From positions 138-64,137 of the forward strand of contig CAIFEY010000012.1 of the NCBI GenBank assembly GCA_903789635.1: a stretch of DNA of 64,000 bases. The letters are read 5' to 3'. Both the position numbers and the translations under genes were made by a program. This DNA comes from an uncultured Eubacteriaceae bacterium (lineage in GTDB: Bacteria; Bacillota; Clostridia; Peptostreptococcales; Anaerovoracaceae). Of the stretch, positions 1 through 9,513 are shown one piece after another. A model generated the notes under the pieces. It saw only the letters and a program-made list of their open reading frames with translations, did not search any database and was not told the origin of the DNA. Each line of letters starts with the position of its first letter. Position 1 is the stretch's first letter.

Positions 1-235
1 GTATTCTGCATACATTCGTCGTCCCACCCCAGTATCGCCGTCCTCACGCCTATCCACACGGCGCCTACGGCCCAGCAGGCGACAACACATTGGAGCCTGC
101 GGGCCGGATCAGGAGAACTCGACCACCCGGGAGAGTTCTCCTTCCCCTTTCGCGGTCGCCCGCGCGAACACTGAGCCCGTCCACCATTTTTTGCCTTCGT
201 CCGCATAATCATGCGAGCCCTTACATGTAAAAAGT

Positions 236-385
236 CCCCCGTCCGCTTTTATTGGGGGTGATCATGTGCCCTGCTCGAATTCTTGCGAAGCACGTGTTCA
301 GGCAATGCATGTGACCGCCCCTGTGAAATGCGGACAGCCTCACAGTGTGGAGAATGTGGTCATCCCTACAGACTGTGGACGAACG
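236..385. repeat. Palindromic intergenic repeat family R1, copy a (long imperfect hairpin 255-321 plus conserved flanks)
   Basis: Arms ggggtgatcatgtgccctgctcgaa and ttcaggcaatgcatgtgaccgcccc are inverted repeats. The same about 70-nt palindrome recurs at 455-531 and 8590-8656. The flank tccctacagactgtggacg resembles tccctatggactgcggacc next to copy c. Confidence 0.8.
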
Positions 386-440
386 TGCTCCTTTCCGCGG
401 AGCGGCCGCCCCAGCGACCTCTCAACGCGGTGAAACACTT

Positions 441-535
441 ATTCGCATGTAAAAGGGGAGGTCATGTGCGTTGGCCGAATTCTTGCGAAGCACGTGTTCG
501 GACAATGCATATGACCTCCCCTGTCTATAGGCGAA
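441..535. repeat. Palindromic intergenic repeat family R1, copy b; probably also the tpiA terminator on the minus strand
   Basis: ggggaggtcatgtgcgttggccgaa ... ttcggacaatgcatatgacctcccc. The hairpin starts exactly 200 bp after copy a. On the minus strand it is followed by TTTT, immediately downstream of the tpiA stop at 539. Confidence 0.8.
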
Positions 536-538
536 TCG

Positions 539-1297
539 TTATTTCACCGCGTTGAGAATAGCCGCGAACTTGTCTGGCTGCAGGCTCGCGCCGCCGACCA
601 GGCCGCCGTCGATGTCGGCCTCGGCGAGCAGGGCTGCCGCGTTCTCCGGCTTCATGCTGCCGCCGTACTGGATGATCAGCTTATCGGCTGCGGCGGAGCT
701 GTAGAGGGAGGCGAAGGTTCTGCGGATGAAGCCGCACATCTCCTCGGCCTGCTCCGGGCCGGCGGTTTTGCCGGTGCCGATCGCCCAGATCGGCTCGTAG
801 GCGATGACGACCTTCTCGGCGAGGTCTTCAGGGATGCCGGCGAAGTCGGCCTTGATCTCGGAGGAGACGACGTCCTCGGCCTTTCCGGCCTCGCGCTCTT
901 CCAGGTTCTCGCCGACGCAGAGGATCGGCGTGATGTCGCTCTCCTGCAGCAGCTTCTTCAGCTTGAGGTTGCAGGTCTCGTCCGTCTCGTTGAAGTACTG
1001 GCGGCGCTCGGAGTGGCCGATGACGCAGTAGTCGACGCCGATCTCCTTCAGCATCGGAAGGGAGACCTCGCCGGTGAATGCGCCCTCGTCCTCGAAGTGC
1101 ACGTTCTGGGCGCCGACGCCGATGTCGGTTCCGGCGAACGCCTCCTTGGCCGTCATCAGGTCGGTGAACGGCACGCAGAATGCCGTCTTCACGGCAGAAG
1201 TGCGCTCCTGCTTCTTAAATGCCTCGGCGAACTCCTTTGTCTCCGCCATCGTCTTAAACATCTTCCAGTTTCCTGCGATAAATGGTGTCCTGCTCAT
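539..1297 (-). CDS. tpiA: Triose-phosphate isomerase
   Basis: 252 aa. N-terminus FIAGNWKMFKT, plus IGHSERR and AYEPIWAIGTGKTA, are classic TIM motifs. Last gene of a gap-pgk-tpi arrangement. Confidence 0.97.
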   Translation of the reverse strand: MSRTPFIAGNWKMFKTMAETKEFAEAFKKQERTSAVKTAFCVPFTDLMTAKEAFAGTDIGVGAQNVHFEDEGAFTGEVSLPMLKEIGVDYCVIGHSERRQYFNETDETCNLKLKKLLQESDITPILCVGENLEEREAGKAEDVVSSEIKADFAGIPEDLAEKVVIAYEPIWAIGTGKTAGPEQAEEMCGFIRRTFASLYSSAAADKLIIQYGGSMKPENAAALLAEADIDGGLVGGASLQPDKFAAILNAVK

Positions 1298-1484
1298 TAT
1301 TCAACCTCCGCAAAACGCTTTTGCTGTGAAATGAGGCCATTGCAATTCGATACAACAGCCTCATCCATACCATCATGCCGGATTCGGCATGGTTCATTTA
1401 TTTTTTGCCGCACCGCGGTGCGCTGCCCCAGGGCGGGAAGCCCAGCGGCCGGGCCCTCGGTGATTATTGGTCGGCGACTATGTT

Positions 1485-2669
1485 CTACTTGTCTTCGATG
1501 ACTGCGATTCCCGGCAGGGTCTTGCCCTCGAGGAATTCCAGGGATGCGCCGCCTCCGGTGGAGATGTGCGTCATCTTGTCCGCGAGCCCGGCCTTTCTGA
1601 CGGCCGCGGCGGAATCTCCTCCGCCGATGATCGTCGTGCCGGCGCACTCTGCCATCGCCTCGGCGATGCCGTTCGTGCCTTTGGCAAAGTTCGGCATCTC
1701 GAACACGCCCATCGGTCCGTTCCAGACGACGGTGGCTGCTGCCTTGATCTTCTCGCCGTACAGCTTGACCGTCTCCGGTCCTACGTCCAGTCCCTCCATG
1801 TCGGCCGGGATCTGGTCACACGGAACCGTCCTGGTGTTCGCGTCGTTGTCGAACTTGTCCGCGCAGACGATGTCGACCGGCAGGAGCATCTCGACGCCGG
1901 CCTCCTTGGCCTCCTTCATCAGGGAGCCCGCCAGCTCGATTCCGCTCTCATCCAGGATGGAGTTTCCGACCTCATAGCCCATGGACTTGAAGAACGTGTA
2001 CGCCATTCCGCCGCCGATCAGCAGCGTGTCGACCTTTCCGATCAGGTTCTTGATGACCGGGATCTTGTCCTTGACTTTGGCGCCGCCCAGGATGGCGACG
2101 AACGGACGCTTAGGAGACTCCACGGCGTCGCCCAGGAAGCGGACTTCCTTCTCGATCAGGTAGCCGGAAACCGCCGGAAGATAATCCGCGATTCCAGCAG
2201 TGGAAGCGTGCGCCCTGTGCGCCGTTCCGAATGCCTCCTGAACGAAGATCTCCGCGAGGGAGGCGAGCTCCTTCGCGAACGCCGGATCGTTGTCCGTCTC
2301 CTCCTTGCGGAAGCGGACGTTCTCCAGCAGCATGACCTGTCCCGGCTCGAGCGCGTCTGCAGCCTTTCTGACCGCATCGTCGACGACGGCCGGGCTGCTG
2401 ATGAAGACGACCTCTTTCCCAAGCAGCTCGGACAGCCTGTCCGCAACCGGCTTCATCGTGAACTCCATCTTAGGCTCGCCCTTAGGACGGCCCATGTGCG
2501 ACATCAGGATCACGCGCGCGTCATGCTCCATCAGGTACTTCACCGTCGGGAGAGCGGCGCGGATACGGGAATCATCCGTGATCGCGCCGTCCTGCATCGG
2601 GACGTTGAAGTCGCATCTGACGATGACACGTCTGCCTTTTACATCAATATCTTCAATCGTCTTTTTCAT
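1485..2669 (-). CDS. pgk: Phosphoglycerate kinase
   Basis: 394 aa. Contains [26 protein letters not shown] and [13 protein letters not shown]. Confidence 0.97.
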   Translation of the reverse strand: MKKTIEDIDVKGRRVIVRCDFNVPMQDGAITDDSRIRAALPTVKYLMEHDARVILMSHMGRPKGEPKMEFTMKPVADRLSELLGKEVVFISSPAVVDDAVRKAADALEPGQVMLLENVRFRKEETDNDPAFAKELASLAEIFVQEAFGTAHRAHASTAGIADYLPAVSGYLIEKEVRFLGDAVESPKRPFVAILGGAKVKDKIPVIKNLIGKVDTLLIGGGMAYTFFKSMGYEVGNSILDESGIELAGSLMKEAKEAGVEMLLPVDIVCADKFDNDANTRTVPCDQIPADMEGLDVGPETVKLYGEKIKAAATVVWNGPMGVFEMPNFAKGTNGIAEAMAECAGTTIIGGGDSAAAVRKAGLADKMTHISTGGGASLEFLEGKTLPGIAVIEDK

Positions 2670-2789
2670 TGTAATTTGTCCTTAATGTACTTTGTCCTAA
2701 ATTAACCCTGTGTACGCCCGAACGCTCCGGCCCCCATCAACACAAGAGGCACCGCCGCGCGGGCAGGCTTCCATTTTCTGGAAAATTCC

Positions 2790-3803
2790 TTATTTATGGT
2801 CTACGGAGTACATGTACTTCGCGAGCTCCAGAGCCTTGCTGGAATAACCGAACTCGTTGTCGTAGTAAGCGATCAGCTTGAAGACGTGGTCGTTCAGCTC
2901 GATTCCCTCGTTTGCGTCAAAGATCGATGTGCAAGGATCGCCGAGGAAGTCGCCGGATACGACCTGGTCGTCCGTGTACTCGAGAATGCCCTTCATCTCA
3001 CCCTCGGAAGCCTCGCGGATTGCCTTGCAGATCTCCTCATAAGAAGTCGCCTTCTTGGTTACGACGTTCAGGTCGACAACGGAGACGTCGATCGTCGGGA
3101 TGCGGTATGCGATTCCGTTCATCTTGCCGGCGAGATCCGGGATGACCTTGCTGACTGCCTTGGCCGCACCTGTGGTCGTCGGGATGATGTTTCCGAAGAT
3201 GCTGCGTCCTCTTCTCCAGTCCTTCTCGGACTTGGCGTCTACAACCTTCTGCTTGGCGGTTGCGGCGTGAATCGTGGACATCATGCCGTTCTCGATGCCG
3301 AAGTTGTCGTTCAGGACCTTGCACAGAGGTGCCAGGCAGTTCGTCGTGCAGGATGCGTTGGAGACGACGTTCATGTCTGTCGTGTACTCCTTATGGTTTA
3401 CTCCGCATACGAATGTCGGGGTGTCGTCCTTAGCCGGAGCGGAGATGATGACCTTCTTGGCACCGCCCTGCAGGTGGCCCTTAGCCTTCTCTGTCGTCGT
3501 GAAAGCGCCCGTGCACTCGATGACGTACTCTGCACCGCACTCGCTCCAAGGAATGGCAGTGATATCATTCTCTCCGTAAACCGGAACCTTCTTTCCGTTG
3601 ATGACGAGTCCGCCCTCATACTTGTCGAGCGGCTTCGGGAATCTTCCGAAAGTCGAATCGTAACGGAGCATGTACAGCATGTAATCCAGATCCGCATTTC
3701 TCTTGTTAATTCCTGCGATCTCGATCTCCGGCATGTCCATAGCCGCGCGAAGAACGACCCTGGCAATTCTGCCGAATCCACTGATACCAATTTTAATAGC
3801 CAT
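2790..3803 (-). CDS. gap: Glyceraldehyde-3-phosphate dehydrogenase (type I)
   Basis: 337 aa. Contains [10 protein letters not shown] (NAD-binding fold), active-site [12 protein letters not shown], and WYDNE-like YYDNEFGYS. Confidence 0.96.
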   Translation of the reverse strand: MAIKIGISGFGRIARVVLRAAMDMPEIEIAGINKRNADLDYMLYMLRYDSTFGRFPKPLDKYEGGLVINGKKVPVYGENDITAIPWSECGAEYVIECTGAFTTTEKAKGHLQGGAKKVIISAPAKDDTPTFVCGVNHKEYTTDMNVVSNASCTTNCLAPLCKVLNDNFGIENGMMSTIHAATAKQKVVDAKSEKDWRRGRSIFGNIIPTTTGAAKAVSKVIPDLAGKMNGIAYRIPTIDVSVVDLNVVTKKATSYEEICKAIREASEGEMKGILEYTDDQVVSGDFLGDPCTSIFDANEGIELNDHVFKLIAYYDNEFGYSSKALELAKYMYSVDHK

Positions 3804-3952
3804 TATTGCCTCCTAAGGTAAAATAAAAAATCAAAACGCTGATTCGCCCACTGACCCTGCATCGCAGCGGCCGCCGCAGCATCGCATGACTAAGTGACCG
3901 CAATGCTCACGATCAGGGCATAATTCAAATACAGTATAACATTACCTGAATA

Positions 3953-4423
3953 TTATTTCAATCCTGGAAACCCGAGCTGCCTGAGCCCCTCGAAAAGCAC
4001 GATGTTCGCAGAATTCGCGAGGTTGAAGGAGCGAAGGCGCGTGCTGGCGCTCATCGGGATCCGGATCGACCGGTCCGGGTGCTCCGCCAGGAAGTCGCGC
4101 GGAAGGCCCCTGGTCTCCCGTCCGAACAGCAGCATGTCCTCGTCGCGGTACTCGACGTCCGTGTAGTACTGCTTTCCCTGCGTGCTGACGAGCCACATCC
4201 TCCTGCCCGCATACTGCTCCAAAAACTCGCTCAGACTCTCATGCACCTCGAGCTTGACGTACGGCCAGTAATCCAGCCCCGCGCGGAGCACCGACTTGTC
4301 GTCAATGTTGAATCCGAGCGGCTTGACCAGGTGCAGGACCGTGTCCGTCGCAGCGCACGTCCTCGCGACATTTCCCGTGTTCGGCGGAATTTCCGGCTCC
4401 ACCAGGACCACATGCATAGCCAT
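3953..4423 (-). CDS. trmL: tRNA (cytidine/uridine-34 2'-O)-methyltransferase, SpoU/TrmL family
   Basis: 156 aa. VVLVEPEIPPNTGNVARTCAA and the size are typical of TrmL. Confidence 0.88.
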   Translation of the reverse strand: MAMHVVLVEPEIPPNTGNVARTCAATDTVLHLVKPLGFNIDDKSVLRAGLDYWPYVKLEVHESLSEFLEQYAGRRMWLVSTQGKQYYTDVEYRDEDMLLFGRETRGLPRDFLAEHPDRSIRIPMSASTRLRSFNLANSANIVLFEGLRQLGFPGLK

Positions 4424-4671
4424 GTTTTACCTCCTTGACCGGCGTTCTTCGCGCCGTGATGATCCGTTTCTTTCAGACAAAATCCACCCGCCCTTCACAC
4501 CACGCGGACTGCCGTAATCCGGTGCGCCCGCGCCGTGATTCCCATTGTTTGTTCGCGCGCTCGCGCCTCGCTTTTTTCATGGCGTGCGGCGCTGTCTAAA
4601 CCCCGAGGCGCGGAACCCCGGAATCCATCAGACAGGTAATTTCCTGCCTGATTCGTTAAAATTTTGTCTGA

Positions 4672-4708
4672 AGAGAAAACAACAAAAACGGGCTCCAAAA
4701 AGAGCCCG
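4672..4708 (-). terminator. Rho-independent terminator downstream of the SEC-C gene
   Basis: The minus strand reads cgggctc-ttttt-gagcccg followed by tttttgttgtttt, about 20 nt after the stop at 4728. Confidence 0.8.
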
Positions 4709-4727
4709 AATGGTATTTATTTCCCGC

Positions 4728-5234
4728 TTAGGCGTTTTTGCCGCAGCAGTTCTTATACTTCTTTCCGCTTCCGCACGGGCACGGATCGTTGCGGCCCGGC
4801 TTCTTCGGTGCGTGGTAGGTCTTGGACTGCTTGTAGGACTTCGTAATCTCCTCACGCTCCTGCTCGTTCAGCACCTTGGCCCACTGCGGCAGGGAAAACA
4901 GGTGGTCCGCCTCCGCCTTATGCATGTTGAAGTACAGTTTCTTAAAGTCGATGGAAAGATCGATCTCCGTGTCCTCGGTCACGTTCTCCAGGTCCAGGGA
5001 CGCAGGATCGTTCAGGCTGTCCTGCACGCCGTCCAGGAATCCGACAAAGATAACGTTCGTCGTATCGAACTTCTCTGCGAGCTCGGAAACCTTTCCCTTG
5101 AGGTTCTCCGTGTGGTTCTCCAGGACGCTGCCGTAGATCGCCTTCTCCGCAGCCGCATACTCCTCCCAGAACTTAGGGAAGCTCTCGTTGGTCTGATTCT
5201 TCAGGAGATCGTTCCATTCTTGATATAAACTCAT
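4728..5234 (-). CDS. SEC-C metal-binding motif protein (function unknown)
   Basis: C-terminal [17 protein letters not shown] is the SEC-C motif. Start trimmed to MSLYQEW (ATG 5234) because GGAGGG lies 8 nt upstream. The upstream 38 codons of the ORF look like non-coding read-through. Confidence 0.85.
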   Translation of the reverse strand: MSLYQEWNDLLKNQTNESFPKFWEEYAAAEKAIYGSVLENHTENLKGKVSELAEKFDTTNVIFVGFLDGVQDSLNDPASLDLENVTEDTEIDLSIDFKKLYFNMHKAEADHLFSLPQWAKVLNEQEREEITKSYKQSKTYHAPKKPGRNDPCPCGSGKKYKNCCGKNA

Positions 5235-5639
5235 TGTGATATACCCTCCGTCTTGTAAAGTTGTTCCGCGATGCGCGCTCTGCCCCGTCCGCACAGCCAA
5301 AAACCAATGCGCATGGGCCCCGCCGCATAGCATATTGTATTTTACCATAGAAACGCGAAGGCGCGGAGAAAAAATTCATCCGCGCCGAAAACGTTCTTAT
5401 ATTATATAGGTTATGCGCGGCATCGACGCACTGCGGTTGGATGCGGGATTCGCGCGCAGCGGCAAATTTCACCGGCCCCGCTCCGCTGCCCATTCGTCAC
5501 GGACGCGTTTTCCACCGCCTCCGCCCGAACATGTACGCCGGGCCTCCCGGACGCGCCGCCTCTCTGACCGCCCGCCCCGGGCAATGCGCGTATACAGAAT
5601 ACGTGATGCCGTCACGCAGCCGCCGTAAGAATTTCCAGT

Positions 5640-6611
5640 CTAGAAACGCCCGCGCATGATCGCGATCAGGTCCCCGACCACCGCACTGCCAGTCGGAAGC
5701 GCGCCCGCGCCCTTTCCGACGAACATCGTCTCGCCGACCATGTCCGCGTCGAGCACGACTGCGTTGAACTCGTTGTTGACGCAGGCGAGCGGGTGATCCT
5801 GCGGGATCTCCGTCGGGCGGATCCAGCAGTCGACCGTGCCGTCATCCAGCAGGACCGCGTGTGAGATCAGCTTGAGCAGGACCTTCTTCTCCTTTGCCTC
5901 GCGGATATCGTCCTTGGTGATCGCGGAGATTCCGGTGCGCGGGATGTCCTGCGGCGGGATGTAGGTGTCGAAGCAGAGCGCCATCAGGATCGAGAGCTTG
6001 TTCGCGCAGTCGATTCCCTCGACGTCCGCCGTCGGGTTGGCCTCCGCGAAGCCGCTGTCCTGCGCCATCTTCAGGGCTGTGGAATAGGACAGGTCGTTGT
6101 CGGCCATCTGCGTCAGGATGTAGTTCGTCGTGCCGTTCACGATGCCGTCGATCCTGGTGAAGTTGTTCGCGGCGAGCGCCTCGTTGATGCTCGTCAGGAT
6201 CGGGATTCCCCCGCCGACACTGGCCTCGTAGCGGAATGCGACGCCGTTCTCCCTCGCGCACTCTGTAAGTTCTTCAAAGTTGGCGGCGATGACCGCCTTA
6301 TTCGGCGTCACGACGTGCTTGCCGTGTCTCATCGCTTCTAAGATGTATGTCTTCGCAGGCTCCAGGCCTCCGATGCATTCGACGACGATGTCCGTCTCCT
6401 CGTCCTGGAAAATTTCCGCCGGGTCGCTCGTGATCAGGGCAGGGTTTGCTCCCCTCATCTCCGCTTTCTCCGGATGGCGGGCCAGGACGTGGCTGACCGC
6501 GAAATCGGCGCCGATCCGCTTTCGGATGACGTCGTGATTGGTCTGTAGGATTTCATAGGTGCCGCTCCCGACGGTGCCGAAGCCCAGGATGGCGATTTTA
6601 AAGGTTTTCAT
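5640..6611 (-). CDS. hom: Homoserine dehydrogenase (short form, no C-terminal ACT domain)
   Basis: Contains ILGFGTVGSGT (NAD fold), EASVGGGIPI and NGTTNYIL. Start at MKTFKIA, with GGAGGA upstream. 323 aa. Confidence 0.9.
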   Translation of the reverse strand: MKTFKIAILGFGTVGSGTYEILQTNHDVIRKRIGADFAVSHVLARHPEKAEMRGANPALITSDPAEIFQDEETDIVVECIGGLEPAKTYILEAMRHGKHVVTPNKAVIAANFEELTECARENGVAFRYEASVGGGIPILTSINEALAANNFTRIDGIVNGTTNYILTQMADNDLSYSTALKMAQDSGFAEANPTADVEGIDCANKLSILMALCFDTYIPPQDIPRTGISAITKDDIREAKEKKVLLKLISHAVLLDDGTVDCWIRPTEIPQDHPLACVNNEFNAVVLDADMVGETMFVGKGAGALPTGSAVVGDLIAIMRGRF

Positions 6612-6664
6612 GCGCTGCGTTCCTCCAATTTTTTGCTTATGATTATCCATTTTATGATAAAACT

Positions 6665-7306
6665 CTAGTTATGTCCATGATCTTTTGTGTATTCTTCACA
6701 AAACTCACGGATACAGCAGGTCTCGCACTGCGGATTTCTCGCGGTGCAGCAGTTTCTGCCGTGGAAAATCAGGAGGTGGTGCGTGCGCGTCCAGCGCTCC
6801 TCGGGGATCGCCGCCATCAGCGCCTTCTCCGTGTGCAGGACGTCCTTCTCGTGGACCAGCCCGATGCGGTTGCTGACCCTCTGGACGTGCGTGTCGACCG
6901 CGATGTGCTGCTGGTGGAACCCGTCCGCGAGCACGACGTTCGCCGTCTTTCTGCCCACGCCCGGCAGCTTCACGAGCTCCTCCATCGTGTCCGGCACCTC
7001 CCCGTCGTAGTCGACGACCAGCTTCTGCGCCATCGCGACGAGGTTCTTGGACTTATTCCTGTACAGCCCGATGCTGCGGATGTATCCCGCGATCGTCTCC
7101 GGGTCCGCCTGCGCCATCGCAAACGCGTCCGGGTACGCGGCAAAAAGATCCGGCGTAATCATATTCACCCGCTTGTCCGTCGTCTGCGCCGACAGCATCG
7201 TCGCCGTCAGCAGCTGAAATACGTCCTCATGCTCCAGCGCGCACTTTGCCTGCGGATACTCCTCCTTCAGCGCATCCAGAATCTCCAGCACAATTTCCTC
7301 TTTCAT
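6665..7306 (-). CDS. nth: Endonuclease III (DNA-(apurinic/apyrimidinic site) lyase)
   Basis: 213 aa. HhH-GPD region LPGVGRKTANVVL and the C-terminal 4Fe-4S motif C-x6-C-x2-C-x5-C (CTARNPQCETCCIREFC). Confidence 0.93.
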   Translation of the reverse strand: MKEEIVLEILDALKEEYPQAKCALEHEDVFQLLTATMLSAQTTDKRVNMITPDLFAAYPDAFAMAQADPETIAGYIRSIGLYRNKSKNLVAMAQKLVVDYDGEVPDTMEELVKLPGVGRKTANVVLADGFHQQHIAVDTHVQRVSNRIGLVHEKDVLHTEKALMAAIPEERWTRTHHLLIFHGRNCCTARNPQCETCCIREFCEEYTKDHGHN

Positions 7307-7362
7307 ACTCTCTTCTCCCCTCGTATTTCTAATTCCTGTTCTTCGAATCCGTTCTTTCCCTT

Positions 7363-7394
7363 TAAGAAAAGCCGCCCTGATTATTCGGGCGGCT
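7363..7394 (-). terminator. Rho-independent terminator after the aldolase-family gene
   Basis: aagccgccc-tgattattc-gggcggctt. On the minus strand it is followed by TTTTCTT. Confidence 0.75.
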
Positions 7395-7587
7395 TCTGCT
7401 CGTTTGACTGTATAATTTTATTCTATAACTATTTTTCCGTGCTCCCGGTACTGCCGCATCACGATCATTCCGCGACAAAATCCGATGCACCAGGCACCAA
7501 ACCCCGCCTGCCGTTCAAACGTTGAAATCCCGCCGCTTTAAAGCTATGCGGCGATTCCCACCCGGCAGCACCTGATTCCGGCAGCAC

Positions 7588-8427
7588 CTACTCCGCCGGC
7601 TCAGACAGCAGTTTGATCCTGCGCACCGCCTCCTCGTACAGGCCGTCCAGCATGACGCGCTTGAGCTCCAGGTACGACGGCGCGTCATTCCCCTGCAGGT
7701 AATTCTTGGCCTCACGCGTGATCACGCGGAAATTCTCCTGCGCGTAGTTGATCTTGCAGATACCCGCCCGGACCGCACGGCGCGAGTCGCCGTCCGTGAT
7801 TCCGGATCCGCCCTGCAGGATCAGCGGAAGGTCCGTCTCCCTGCGGATCTGCTCGAGCCTCTCGTAGTCCAGCCCGCCCTCCGGGACGTTATGCCCCGGC
7901 TGGTTGCCGATCGACACGGCCAGCCCGTCGATTCCGGTCTCCTCACAAAACTCCCTTACAATAGAAGGATCCGTCAGCGCATAGACGCGGTCGGTGCTCT
8001 TGTCCTCCGCCTCCCTGCCGTGCAGGACCGCCTCGCAGCTGACCCCGTACGGCTCAGCCATCTCGACAACCTTGCGCGTGTACTCGATGTTCTCCTCCAG
8101 CGTGCGCCTGGAGCCGTCGTACATGACGGACGTGAACCCCAGGTCCATCGCCTGCTGAAAAAGCTCCTCGTAGTGCCCCATGTCCAGGTTGACGCAGACC
8201 ATCGTCGACGCGTTCTCCGCCGCCGTGACCATCGCCGGCCCGATCAGGTCGAGCGGCGCGTACTGCAGGAACCTCTCCGTGATCTGAATCACCACCGGAT
8301 ACTCCAGCCTCTCCGAAGCCTTCACGGCCGCCCGGATCATGTCCAGGCTCGCCACCTGGAACGCCGGCACGCAGCGATTCTCCGCCTGTGCCTCCGTAAT
8401 CAGTTTCTTCAGTGTTGCAATCGGCAT
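7588..8427 (-). CDS. Class II (ketose/fructose/tagatose-bisphosphate) aldolase family protein, divergent
   Basis: 279 aa. Family-typical N-terminus (VPAFQV), GIDGLAVSIG and PLILQGGSGI. Expected zinc-ligand positions deviate from the family norm (see findings). Confidence 0.8.
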   Translation of the reverse strand: MPIATLKKLITEAQAENRCVPAFQVASLDMIRAAVKASERLEYPVVIQITERFLQYAPLDLIGPAMVTAAENASTMVCVNLDMGHYEELFQQAMDLGFTSVMYDGSRRTLEENIEYTRKVVEMAEPYGVSCEAVLHGREAEDKSTDRVYALTDPSIVREFCEETGIDGLAVSIGNQPGHNVPEGGLDYERLEQIRRETDLPLILQGGSGITDGDSRRAVRAGICKINYAQENFRVITREAKNYLQGNDAPSYLELKRVMLDGLYEEAVRRIKLLSEPAE

Positions 8428-8569
8428 AACTCACCTAGCTTTCCCGGCCTCGCCCTTCCCCGGGCAAAAAATCAGGCCGCAACTCCGCATTCCGTTCCTT
8501 CTGTATTATTCTTTGTACCCATTGTAAAGGATTTGACCCTATAACTCAAGCGTAACGGACGCGGCTTTG

Positions 8570-8672
8570 TTCCGCCGTCCGCATATTATGGGGGAGATCA
8601 TGTGCCCTGCCTGAACTCTTGCTTGCACGTGTTCAGGCAGGGCATGTGGTCTTCCCTATGGACTGCGGACCG
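8570..8672. repeat. Palindromic intergenic repeat family R1, copy c
   Basis: gggggagatcatgtgccctgcctgaac-tcttgcttgcac-gttcaggcagggcatgtggtcttccc (hairpin 8590-8656). Homologous to copies at 255-321 and 455-531. Confidence 0.85.
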
Positions 8673-8749
8673 GGGGACTCGAATGCGCGGATGCGGCTCG
8701 CTAATAAACTGCGGGCGGGCGGACAATGCTGTACGGGCGGCCGCACACC

Positions 8750-8778
8750 TTGACAGGGTAATTTTCCCCCCGTATAAT
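8750..8778 (+). promoter_or_regulatory. Sigma-70/SigA-type promoter of the GntR-sortase pair
   Basis: TTGACA (8750-8755), a 17-nt spacer, then TATAAT (8773-8778). Lies 37 nt upstream of the start codon. Confidence 0.8.
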
Positions 8779-8786
8779 GGAATGAG

Positions 8787-8798
8787 ATTGTATACAAT
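8787..8798. promoter_or_regulatory. GntR-family palindromic operator (probable autoregulation site)
   Basis: Perfect 12-bp palindrome ATTGTATACAAT, matching the GntR/FadR-type T.GT-N-AC.A pattern. Sits between the -10 box and the RBS of the GntR gene. Confidence 0.7.
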
Positions 8799-8814
8799 TG
8801 AGAAGGAGAGTTTC

Positions 8815-9513
8815 ATGTCTGTACAGCAGTACCTAGAAGGTAAAAAGAACAATAACCAGCCTTTGTCCGATAACCTGTACGCCAAGCTGCAGGAGGATAT
8901 CCTGACCGGACGGCTGAAGTCCGGGAGCAAGCTGACGGAGAACCACGTCTGCGAGAAGTACAAGGCGAGCAGGACGCCGGTCAGGGAGGCGATCCGGCAG
9001 CTGGAGGCGGAGGGGCTGGTTCAGCTGATTCCGAACCGCGGGGCGTTCATCATCGGGCTGAGTGAACGAGACATTTCTGACATTTACGTCATGCGGAACG
9101 GCATGGAGATTCAGGCGGCGAGCTGGGCGGCGGAGCGGATTACCGACCCGGAGCTTGACCAGCTGACGGAGATTTACGAATATATGGTCTTTTACACGCA
9201 TAAGGCCGACATCGAGAAAATGCGAAGCATCAATGCGGCTTTCCATCAGATCATCTACCAGTCGTCGCACAACCGCATTTTGCAGCGGCAGCTGAATATG
9301 TTCCAGACCTATTTGAAATTTGCCGCACCCGACCGCTATACGCCGGAGAGCCTGAACGAGATCCTGGCCGAGCACCAGTCGATCTACCACGCGATCCTGA
9401 CCCGCGACCCTGCGTCGAGCGCCCTTGCCATGCGCGATCACCTGCAGCGGGGAGCCGAGAGAAACAGCGCGGCCCCGGCCGAGGCACGTGCGCCGGAGAA
9501 GGAGGCAATCTGA
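8815..9513 (+). CDS. GntR family transcriptional regulator (FadR/FCD-type C-terminal domain)
   Basis: The winged-HTH region LTENHVCEKYKASRTPVREAIRQLEAEGLV is canonical GntR. Start at MSVQQY, with AAGGAG upstream. The ORF-track 5' extension runs through repeat R1 and was trimmed. Confidence 0.9.
   Translation: MSVQQYLEGKKNNNQPLSDNLYAKLQEDILTGRLKSGSKLTENHVCEKYKASRTPVREAIRQLEAEGLVQLIPNRGAFIIGLSERDISDIYVMRNGMEIQAASWAAERITDPELDQLTEIYEYMVFYTHKADIEKMRSINAAFHQIIYQSSHNRILQRQLNMFQTYLKFAAPDRYTPESLNEILAEHQSIYHAILTRDPASSALAMRDHLQRGAERNSAAPAEARAPEKEAI

Noticed and set aside
283-555. 90-aa ORF at the left end of the window
   Set aside because: It is built entirely from the two palindromic R1 repeat copies, has no RBS and is Cys/Arg-rich nonsense. 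The similar ORFs 8598-8963 and the 5' part of 8602-9513 run through R1 copy c.
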